A stretch of DNA of 64,000 bases, from the NCBI GenBank assembly GCA_951406725.2, contig OX597820.1, positions 89,590,001-89,654,000 of the forward strand, in the 5' to 3' direction. Below the pieces are notes generated by a model. It worked only from the letters and a program-made list of their open reading frames with translations. It was not told the DNA's origin and made no database searches. The translations under genes and the position numbers were made by a program. The DNA comes from Octopus vulgaris (lineage: Eukaryota). Each line of letters begins with the position of its first letter. Positions within the stretch are counted from its first letter, which is position 1. This document shows positions 53,352-64,000 of the stretch, one piece after another.

Positions 53352-54632
53352 GAAATATGTTACGAAAAGAACATATAAAATAGACGTGGAAATGTAAGGG
53401 TGAAATATGAAAAATCAACCAAAATGCACATTGCAAATAAAAAAGGCTATTTATGACAGGTAACGACAAATATATACATTTCGATTGACTGAGGTAGTAA
53501 TACGAGTCATAAAAGTCATTATTATGAGATGATTATAAGATGATAATAAAGTAAGAGAACAAAACGGAACATGGTTTACGCAAAGCTATTCATCGTTTGA
53601 ACAACACCGGTTGATACACGGTGTCAGGTCTAATAGTTCCTGAGAATAAAGATTATTTGCAAGAGAGGTAAGTAGTTCTGGATTATTTGTAAGGGAGGTA
53701 AGTAGTTCTGGATTTAGAGATGTGAGTGGTGTAGGAAGTGTATAGGGGTTAGTGGTGTTCTGTATTGAGTTGTGTGTTCATGTTTAGTTGGGGGAGAAAA
53801 TTTTCTGTTGAAAAAAGCCTCTTTATTCAACCTTTGTTGCATTGTGGTGTTCTGTGAACATTGGTAAAAGGGAAATATTTGGAAATCGGGATTAACATTC
53901 CTGGCACATCTTTCTATGTGTTCACTCACCTTTAACTGTCTGTATTGTGGGTGACGGATTTGCTCTTTGTGAATGGTGATTCTTTGACGGAGCGAAATTC
54001 CTGTTTGTCCAATATAGAGTTTACCGCATCCTATGCATGTCATGACATAGGTTACATTTACTGAGGCGTAGGTGAGATTTGATTTGATCTTAAATATTTC
54101 TCCTTGTTTGAATTGGAATTCTGAATCCTCCAGAAGGTGGGATCATGTTCCACAGTTAGAACGTCCAGATTTTGTCACTTTTGGTTCTTTTGTTGGTGGA
54201 TACAGTCTTGCGCTGGTTAATATTTTTTCAGTGACTTCGGTTGCTTTTTGCTTTTTATAATTTTATATGAGCTTAAAATTTCGTTCATTGTTTTGTCTGT
54301 TGTGAGAATGGGAAGGTTTTGGGTGATGATGTTGAAGGCTTCGTTGTTTCTGGGGTTATGCGTAGAAATGTACGGGAGTATTTTTAAGTCTTGTTTAGTA
54401 TTTCGGCTAGTTTTCCTTAACCTTTGTATATCTATTTCCCTAGCTCTTTTGATGCCTTCATTTACTAATGAGTTTGGGTAATGTCTTTTAGTTAGTGTAG
54501 ATCTAAGTTCAAGGATTCTATGTTCTCGAGTGTATGTATCGGAAACTATGGTGCAGATTCTTTTTGCTAGGTTAAAGGGTATGTTGATTTTTATGTGTTT
54601 CGGGTGGCAGGAGTTAAATAATATGTATTGTT
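53350..54632 (-). mobile_element. Penelope-like element (Neptune-type layout), 3' part: RT thumb, Cys-rich linker, C-terminal GIY-YIG
   Basis: [31 protein letters not shown]; VTKSGRSNCGT*; NVTYVMTCIGCGKLYIGQTG..LRQRITIH..VSEH..C..RLNKEAFF. Frameshifted; bounded by (TA)n on both sides. Confidence 0.9.
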
Positions 54633-54723
54633 TAGAAATATATACATATATATACATATATATGCATATGTATACATACACACACACACATATATATAAA
54701 TGCATATATATAAATATATACAT

Positions 54724-54774
<51 letters not shown>

Positions 54775-56150
54775 AGCTGTTGGTACACAGAAGACCCATG
54801 GTGGCAGGTAAGGCTATGTAAGTGCTATGGAAGGACTGTAGTTAAACTCTCGGTTCATTAATAATACGAATGGAAGTCTAATGTGGGTCTTGTATGAGCA
54901 TGCATATGTTAAATAAAATGAGACTACTAAGCCAAGTCTGTGTGTAATTTTCAGGACATTTATAAACAGAAACGTAGTCCTGTAGCTGTTTCTTGGATAT
55001 TAGAAATATGCCGTCATAAGGGATGATGTGAGGAATTGGGGAGTTCAACATAAGGAGTTTTCTGGAAAAGAATGGAAATAACACGTATAAAGGGAAATAA
55101 GAGAATAAAAGTAAGAATAAAAATATATGTAGGATATTATAGTTGCAGCTCCATTATCTAAGGAAAGTTGTGTGAAGAAATGGAAATGCTTCTTGTCCTT
55201 GTTATGCAAATTCCGATAGGAGTTCATATGTTATCATTGCAAATGAAAAGTGTGGAGACGTACATTCCATGTGATGTTCATTCAAAAGTATCTTGTGGTG
55301 TGAATGAAATTTTGAGAAAATAGCGGTAGCATTAAGCAGACAGAGAGGAGAGAAAATATGTGTGTTAAAATGAGGAAAATGGCCAAAAGGAATAGGTGAG
55401 GACAGAAGAAAGAAAGAGGAAGAGAAAATGAAAAAAAGGAGTTTTAGTTGTTGGTCAATATATTATGAGGGGGATGGGATAGAAGTAGGAGAGGGATAGG
55501 AAGATATTAGAATGTAAGGAAGGAATATGTGTGAGGAGTGGGATGTAGGGTGATATATTTGAAAGGCACTAAGGGTGGAGTCTACAGAAAATGGCACAGT
55601 GGGGTTACTAAAGAGAGTGATAAACCTCAAAAAGGAAGGGAAAAATAATAAGATAAATAGTCAAATTTCTAAAAGTAAACACAGGTGTTTATTGTACTAG
55701 CTAATGTGATAGTAGGGGCTGAGGAATCTGAGAGAGAAGGAAAGATGTGTATACTATTTCTATCGTTATTGTTATTTATCCTATCTGTAATAGTGGTGGA
55801 AGTTGGGGCAGTGGTATTCTGGTTAGTGTTAGTGGGATTGGTTGGGATTTCATTATTGTCTAAAGTATGGGGTTCGATGTTAGGGCTATGTATATTTGAG
55901 GCGCGTGTGTATTCAGTGTCGTCACAGTGTAACTTTTGATAATAGAGAGAAAATTGTCGTCTCTTACAGGCTGTTATGATAGACTCAAAGTTGGGCGGGG
56001 CGGAGTAGAATAGCATTAAGGTAGATCTATTAAAGATAGAGTAATATTTATGTTGACGAGGGATGTTGTAGCCTAGTATATTAAAAATGGATTTAGCTAA
56101 GTTCTTAACCTTTTGTGTGAAGCGGAGTGTATACCAAAACTAACTTTCTC
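54775..56150 (-). mobile_element. Second, distinct Penelope-like element fragment (decayed)
   Basis: Minus: WYTLRFTQKVKNLAKSIFNILGYNIPRQHKYYSIFNRSTLMLFYSAPPNFESIIT resembles the WxNPPF...IFNRxTxKxSYSxxPN region of invertebrate PLEs. An inverted copy of 54905-54965 lies at 56155-56208. Confidence 0.6.
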
Positions 56151-56203
56151 TTTATATATGTCTTGAAAATTCCACACAACCTTGGGTTTGTTGTCTCATT
56201 TTA

Positions 56204-56276
<73 letters not shown>

Positions 56277-59200
56277 TTTATATTATATGCTTATTTAAGA
56301 CTTTGTCACCTTCCTTAGCGTCAAACTAATACGCCTGCTTGTTGTTTATACACCTGTATTAGTTTTTTTGTTTTTCTGCAAATTTCAACTCTCTCTCTCT
56401 CTCTCTCTGTTTATATATATCTATACACAAACATATATATATGTATAAATATATATATATATATACCCAAAATTTATGTATGCATATATATATATATATA
56501 TATATATGTAAATATATGTAAATGTATATATGAAAATATATGCACCCATATATGTAAACTTAGACAGGTCTACGCGCGCGTGTATATATATATACATACA
56601 TGGTACATGCATACATACATATATTCACATAGATATATAAGCATACAAAAACATTCACACATACACACTCACACAAACTTATATGAGGAGCAGCTGCCCG
56701 CGTCATCGATGAAATAGGGTATCAATATTGATATAAAGTACGTTAATAAAATATCTCTTAATGTGAAAATTTTCCTTAACATGCTTTTGATGGTGATGAT
56801 AGCGACATATTTATCGATATTAAACGAAAGTGTGATATATTTTCTTGGATTAGATTGATATTTGGCTGTTTTTCTTTACAAGCTAATAGGTGTTTACATT
56901 TTGAATTAATGCTCTGTTATGATAGCATGGATATCGCATTTGAGGAATGAGTTTGATTAATTTATTGCGATTGATGCACGATTTGATGCTATATTGTAAA
57001 CATTACTGTAATAGAGAGTAATTGGATACTGCTATTCAAATATTCCACAGAAAAACGAAAAGATAATAACATTTTCAAGACCAACAAAATTGTTATTTAT
57101 TAATCTTCACTTGCTGAAGTTGGGAGAAATAAAGGAGATATATGAATCAGCCATCGATATTGAATCCTCGCCTTCCACCTTGCCCTAAAAAATTTAAGGG
57201 TTTTCAAACAGAAAACGAGTCAGTAAATTTTTTTTCAAAAAATTTACAGTTCGTAAAATGTGATTAAAAGTAACTTGAGGAAAAAATAATATTGTATATT
57301 TAATACAAACTTTCAAAGTTGCGGTAGAATTATTTTATAAAACTGGATTAAACATTTAAAAATATTTTCTTTTTATAGTAATCATTAAAAAACGAAGTAC
57401 AACCCTTTCATGTAAGATTATATTTCTATTCGTTTGAATCAAATTTATAAACGTTTGATACTTTCAAAGTGTCTTTGTACATGTGTTCCGTGGTTCATAT
57501 TTCGGTAAAAGATGTATTATGAAGTTGAATCTCTCATAAGATACAACTGGCATTAAAACGATTGGCCTCCGTGGGTTTAGATGGCCATATGATTGGTTTC
57601 TGTTTGAGATCAATTGTTTCGATGAATACTTTTGTTTTTTTCTTATCTGCAGCTTATATAAAATCAAAAACTTTTAATCTGGCAATAGATTAACCTGTAC
57701 AGTATATAGTGAACTTCGTCATTGCTAGAGAACTTTATGTCCGTACTTTACACGAGTAATAACTGACGCTGACTGATCATACTTGGAATGGACCCCTAAC
57801 CTGTGTTATAGATTCCCGACTCTCGACTTCGAAATTCGGAGTATTCGGCAGTGTAGGCCCGTGTTGGAAAATGAGAAGGGGGCAGCGTAAAGGTATTCAA
57901 ATTCCAAGAGCAACATATAAAGTCACTCGATATTTTATGGCAAGAAACTAAGGCTAAGATTAATATATTTATATTTTTTTACGAATAAATCCAGAATTAT
58001 TGGTTGTTATTATTTTTTGCACTATGGATTAGATTCTGTTAAACATTGCAAGTATTTGGCTCGTTCATTTTAATACACACACACACACACAAATATATAT
58101 AATATAAGTATATGTATATATACATACGTATATGTACATACCTACATATATATGTTTATATACATCCATATATGGGTACAGGACATCAAAAAGACGCAAA
58201 CACACACACACACACACACACACATATGAGTAAGAAATGAAAGCTACTTGGAGTCTCTACATGGTTGTTTGACTTGCTAGAAATGGTAGTCAAATCTCCA
58301 CGAAATTGAACTGTCTTCTTTAAAAATGGAGAACGCATTGGAAAATATTTATCGTGAAAAAGTGAATAGGATCGTCACGGCTGGAGAGCCTTTAATGATA
58401 GGTTTGCTCAACACGGTTCAACTTGAGGCTTAACAGTAACAATGACAATTATTTCTGTTAAGCAGAAAAACAAAATGTTTTCCATTTTCTAATTACGGCC
58501 TCGTGATTTTCCATCTAGCATGCTTGTGATCAAAGGTGCTCCATCCAAGACAAATCACGGTAAGTTTTAGGATTATAAGAAGTATATTACCTAATATTTA
58601 GCCCTAAAGTGGTTTTATTTAAAATGATCAGATGTGTATCTGCCTGCAATTTCTCCCATGCTAAATCCCCGCCTTGCTAAACCTTCACTAAGTATATTTT
58701 TATTGTTTAGTAATCGAAAACCATGCATTATTAAGATTGATTTAAATATATTATTACAAACTAAGAGAATTTGAACTCAACTTTCAGTAGATATTGTATT
58801 TAGATACTCCTAATCCTAGAGTGTTAGTAGTCTTTGTACATATTACTCTTTTTACTCTGTACATATTAATGGCTGCTGCGACACAAAAATATAATGGAAA
58901 ATAATATACAATACTCTACTATAGATAATGCATTAGTAACTACCTTATACTACAGAGTGTTAGGTGTATAGTAGTCGACACGATATATATATATTTGTAC
59001 ATTCAATTTCTTACCAGATTTTGAGTGAATATCGTGCAGAATAAAAATATGTCCGTTGAAAAATGTATGCTGTCATTCCTGAAAATGGAAACAACTTTTA
59101 TTGATGTTGACTTTCGAAATAGCTTAGTGAAAGATCAGTCAATCAAAGTTCTCGTGGGGCCTCAATATAATCCTGACTGTCCTCTGTTACCGGCTTTCAA

Positions 59201-59884
59201 GACAGATCGAAAGAAAACGAGGAAGATAGAAAGGAAGAAAAAATCAGTGTATGTGTGTGTGAAAGAGAGAGAGAGAGAGAGAGAGAGTTAAAGAGAGAGA
59301 GAGAGAGAGAGAGAATAGAGAGAGAGACAGACAGACGCCTATCAGGCGTTCACGGCCATCTGATTTTCCATCTTAAATGTTTCATGCTAACAGTCTTTCT
59401 CCTGGGAATTTTAACTGCTATGCTCTTCTTTCCGTTGCGTACAACTATCATTTAATGTAACTATTACACTTCAGTCATTGCTGTCAACATTTCTCTATTT
59501 TCCTCCTCATATCTCTATTCACTACTATTCCTCTATACTTTGTTTTGTTGCAAAATTACTCTAATCTTAAGCTTACCGTCAATGTTCTTCATAAAGAGAC
59601 TGGCTTGTGGATATGATACTGATCTACTACTACATAGAAATTCAGTTCGAATTCGCCGCAGTACCATTAATGTTTACCTTTCATCAACCTAAAATTACAA
59701 CATTGTGGCGCATGTAGGTTTAATAGGTTTCAGAAAGGTAATGCGGTAGTTTCTAATCCAATGATTTGAACCAGATGTCGTCATAAGGACAGAACATATA
59801 CACATTAACTTACCGACATTCGAGCAAATACAAGCAAAGTCTACGGAAGTTACACTTTAACTCGCAGAGGGAACATGCATAAAA

Positions 59885-60080
59885 TATTCTTTCCACTATA
59901 GGCACAAGATCTGAAAAATGATTTTTACATCGACTGCAGTGCGCAACTGATACTACATTTATCGACCCCAATATATGAAAGCAAAGCCCACCTCAGATTT
60001 GAACTTGGAACAATTAAACTGATGAAATGCTACTTATTTTGTCCTTCGTGCTTACGATTTTGCCAGCTCTCCGCCTTAAA
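59885..60080 (-). mobile_element. SINE family A, diverged
   Basis: tttatcgacccc...gattttgccagctctccgcc. Confidence 0.75.
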
Positions 60081-60939
60081 ATATATATATAAATGTAATT
60101 AAGTATTCCGAAAGATTTTCCATTATACTATCATAACAAATTCCCATAGACATAAAATTACAAAATTGTTTGGGAAACTGTTAAATATAATGGTACTTTT
60201 TTATTGCGTCATCGATTTTGAGGCAGACTGGAAAGTTAAACATAGTGCGCTCTAGAGACCGGAGGTAACTGTGGGTTTTCGTGGCGTTTATATGACTGAA
60301 ATTACAAGACCCTCCCATGAATTTTGCATCTGTATATTTTTAGCGTAGTGGACTGGTTTACGAAAATAACGCCACCCCCAATCAGTTGTGACACACATTT
60401 ACAAACTCGTTGTATGAACGTTATTAAATAAATTTAAATATTCTGTCTCAGGCTCTACAGTTACGCTGTTGTCCTTCAAACATCACTATAAACCAAAACG
60501 TTCATGTGATTTATGCAATGTTCAAGAGCATTAACAGCGTAATTAAAATATAGTCGATGTAACCTAGAATTGAGACCGTAAAATGGTTCCAAATGTTTCA
60601 TAGTGAACTAAATCACAGATTGAGTTCTAGTCCCATTCTACTAAATATATCTAGAAAAATGGGACTGATATGCTGTGATGTTCTAAATGAGAGTTTTGTA
60701 ATGAGAAACCGAATTCAGGTTAAATCATTTCTAGACTGTATTGCATGACCCTTTTATATAGTCCTCATTGGTGGTTTCTGGTTGACGAAGCAAAAATGCC
60801 CAATATTTGAAGAGAAATAACATGGTAGTGTTCCAGGTAAATTTAGTAAATTACATAAAAGGAAAAGGAAGCAAATTTCCCATCCAAAATTAAAGGTATT
60901 TAAAAAAAAAAAAATTAAGTATTATGGTTGGGAGATAAC

Positions 60940-61790
60940 AGTTTATTCCAAGTAAACGCTTTCACCTTCCACCACGGCTTAAGACTGCTCTGGGACCTGG
61001 TGTATGCATTCTTCACTGTGTCCCCGGAAAGATCTTCGAATACTTCCTTGTTCTTCTCCACTAGCTTAGGCTTGATGTTGCAGGCAGAGCAGGTGGTGCC
61101 TTTTTCAAGTACCCCTCCAATACATCCCTTCCCCAGAAATTCATGGGATTAAATCTCGGGATTTAGTAGGTCAGAAATAGAGGCTGGTGAAGTCATAGAA
61201 ATTCTCCGACAACTACTTCTGACTCTGGAGGTATGTCAAGGAGCTGAATACTACTGCCACATACAGCGCTCTACCCGCAGTAACACCCTCTCCAGCCAAG
61301 CTTAAACCACATTGTCCAACAACTTCACACAACCGTCTGAATTTACCCGAAGGGCTCTTTTCAAATATATGGGGTGAATTCCGGTGTGCTGGCACTCTCG
61401 AAACGTCTACTGTGTCCCTTCCTGCTGGCCAAGGCTTTATAGTCTCTGTTGCAGCATACATGTCACGTCTTACAGCCCTTACAGTGTTCACAGAGCATTG
61501 TGAATCAGTCATAATATCGGTATTTTGATACGCGGCGAAAATAATTATGTTGCTGAAAAAGATGACATAAAACACCGTCAAATTTAGTCCGAACAGCCTG
61601 ATTACATTTCTTATTTTGCATAGAAGCATGAATGAATTAAAACTGTTAAGTGAAAACGAAACATACTTGCCATGGCGTTAATTCCTGCAGTTCGAAACAC
61701 ACTACACAGGCACATATTTTTTTCATGCGAATTCCGAGAAGTATAGCCAGTTTTTATTTCTAATATAATTTAGTCGTCCCGGCAACATAT
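60940..61790 (-). mobile_element. Decayed Tc1/mariner-superfamily (maT-like) transposase
   Basis: Minus remnants of YVWQ*YSAP*HTSRVR and *PTKSRDL.PMNFW (compare QQDSAPxH and WPPxSPDLNPxD); internally deleted. Confidence 0.6.
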
Positions 61791-61888
61791 GAACTTAATA
61801 TAAAATAATTCGGTCGAGTATTTGAATATATTTAGTCAGAATCTAAACTGTTTTGCTGCTTCTCTATTTTCTATCACAGAATAAATAA

Positions 61889-63014
61889 GAGGTTGGAATG
61901 AAAAGTTCATAGGCTGGCCAAGAGACTCTCATGGAACGATATCAAATGGCATTTATCTTTCAACATTTTCCTCATGCAGTTTGCACACGCAGTGCTTGAA
62001 CCCCGTTGGTAAATAAACTTTCAACAAATATGACGTCATCAGCACTGCGTTGCTGGTTCAACAGCTAAATGGTTTTCATGTCGGGGAATAGATGATAGTC
62101 AAATGTAGGCAAATCAGAAGAGGGAGGACGATCAACCAGTTCAAAGCCACAGTCACACACAGCAGCCATTCAAGCAAAGGACTGGTGTGCTGGAGTATTG
62201 CCTTAGCGAAAGAAAATCCGTTTCGTCAGTTTTCCTGGGTATTTGATCTTCAAGGTTTTGCGAGTCCCTTTCTTTTGAAGATAGTCAATGGACACAACGC
62301 ATTTTTCATCCCCCAAAAACTGAAATCATTACCTTCTCTGCAGATGAAACAAACTTAGCCTTCTTTGGAGCAAGAATGTGGTGTGGCGGTGGGGAAGTAT
62401 TTCCGCTGCATGGATTGTCTTTCTGTCTCTAGTTCAAAGTGATTAATCCAACATTCAACCATGTCTGATTTTGCCATGCTGTGATAAGTATGCTGTATTT
62501 TTGACCAGGTTTCAAAACACTTGACACCCACCGAGCAGAGACCTTCGTCATTCCAAATTCCTTGTGCAAAATATTCTCAACTATCCTACGGATTATGCTA
62601 ATAGGATTGGCTATTTGATTTATAGTCAATCTTCAATCCTCCATCAACCATCTTCAAGTCATCTTCGAGACTCTCCCTTCCCCGCCTAAATTCAGCAGCT
62701 CACTTTTGCATTGTTGCTAACCAGAAGCGTCATCCCCTAATGCAACAGCCATATCAGCATGAATGTCGTTGGGAGCTAAAACCCTTTCCTGCAGGTACTC
62801 GATAACATCACTATGGCAATTTTTGTCCATTTTCAAGTGAAGTTGAAACTAGCTACTTTTGAAGATTTCTTTGAAAAGCAAGATGTCAGTTCACCTGGAA
62901 AGAAACAATGCAGTTATTAATAAGAAGGGTTGAAATTAATTCATGCAAGATTTCACAGCTCAAGCAAGATTTTACAGCTCCTTCATAGTCGGCCTATGAA
63001 CTTTCAGCCCACCC
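61889..63014 (-). mobile_element. Decayed mariner transposon with both TIRs
   Basis: TIRs gaggttggaatgaaaagttcataggctggcc / agtcggcctatgaactttcagcccaccc; ATG at ~62830 (MDKNCHSDVIEYLQ); EFGMTKVSARWVS (WVP motif). Confidence 0.85.
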
Positions 63015-63199
63015 AATTATTTTCAAACACAGAATACAATAATACAATAATACCTTTTGCGAGACGTATACACTTGATTGATTCTATTTCTCTACATGTC
63101 AACCTTTTATTTTGTTGATCCGAGAGGAAGTAAATTTATATTTGATGTCGATCGTATACGAACTCAGAACATTGGAACGCAACATTAAAACTCACGTTT

Positions 63200-63680
63200 A
63201 TAATACAGAAATATATAATAGTTTAGCCATCAGACCAGAGAATATTACATCCAGACTAATGTTCTCGCCATTGAGGTGGGTGCAAGAGGTTTTGTAGGCA
63301 AATCTGCTGAAGATCTTATGAAGCGGCTCTCAATTTCTGAGAAAAAGAAAACAAGAGCTCTTAAGGCAATGGCAGAAGCAGCTGAGGATAGTTCAGACTG
63401 AATCTAGTCAAGTAGGAATGGAAGTGGATTTATAAGCTATAATTTACCCGCCATTAAATTGGCATCGTCGACTGAGCTGGTTACAATACCCAAAGTACCT
63501 TAGATCTGTCTGGGGCACCTTAACCAACCAGTGCAGACAAAAGTACAAACCGTGGTAGTGGAGGAGTATCCAGGAGTCAATAGCTGGATGCGGTCCGGTT
63601 CACTAAGAGTGTAATGGATGAAACACCTGCATGAGATGGAGCTTCTCTGAAGATCATCAACTGTTCAGCTCTCCCTAGAG
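63200..63680 (+). mobile_element. HERO-type (RLE) non-LTR retrotransposon, 3' end and UTR
   Basis: VLAIEVGARGFVGKSAEDLMKRLSISEKKKTRALKAMAEAAEDSSD*I*SSR from 63261 matches the EVGxRGF...AAExxSxWLW C-terminus of HERO-like elements. Confidence 0.8.
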
Positions 63681-64000
63681 TTTCTTGCTACCGCTTGTTC
63701 TGATCTCTGCCAATTTCTGTCACTCCCTCTTTCATCATAATCTAATTGTCACTGACCCCCTCCCCAGCATCCGATTAACAAACTTGTACAGTATTGTAGC
63801 AGTGACTGTAGTTTGTGGTTCTTAATATTCTAACACAAACGTGTTTGCAGCTCATTTGAAAGACTTTTCTAGATGCATAATATATGTTTATGCCTTTTTC
63901 AAATCACTAATATTACTTCATGTTAAACTCTGCAGGTCCAATAATCAATTTATTCCAACTAGGAACACATAGTTTAATTATTCTCTAACAATATTGATGG

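Noticed and set aside
53465-53530. Expected hammerhead in the 3' region of the Neptune-type PLE
   Set aside because: GAAA and a hairpin are present on the minus strand but there is no recognisable CTGANGA core.
53651-53710. 30-bp tandem duplication
   Set aside because: Ordinary local duplication within the PLE 3' region.
54143-54145. In-frame TGA at an expected Cys of the PLE linker (NCGT*), suggesting selenocysteine as in some PLEs
   Set aside because: Neighbouring expected Cys codons are also mutated (TCT, TAC) and the copy is frameshifted. The ATGA-N12-AAA downstream (~53593-53575) has no complementary 3' arm for a SECIS. Only a family consensus could revive this.
57812-57892. Possible plus-strand exon
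   Set aside because: Weak donor (gtattc), no recognisable peptide and no partner exons.

Overview
AT-rich eukaryotic (non-bacterial) DNA, most likely octopus or another cephalopod, inferred from its tRNA-derived SINE families and very dense (TA)n/(CA)n microsatellites. I see no intact host protein-coding gene. The window is a mosaic of SINEs, decayed LINEs (Tx1/L1, RTE, CR1, R4/Dong, HERO), several Penelope-like elements (PLEs), two mariners, a Tc1/maT remnant, a MITE and a probable BEL/Pao remnant. The long Y/I/C/V-rich ORFs in the track are microsatellite artefacts. The main unexplained signal is RNA-structural: about a dozen hammerhead-ribozyme (HHR) motifs on both strands, mostly in short non-coding elements that abut (TA)n tracts. 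One motif (13778-13839) has all three hammerhead helices and an intact catalytic core, but its three strands are in a non-circularly permuted order. A decayed motif in the same order lies in the HERO 3' UTR. A near-identical 587-nt HHR-to-HHR tandem unit (33.1-34.1 kb) resembles a retrozyme or circular-RNA template. All structures were paired by eye and boundaries of decayed elements are approximate.
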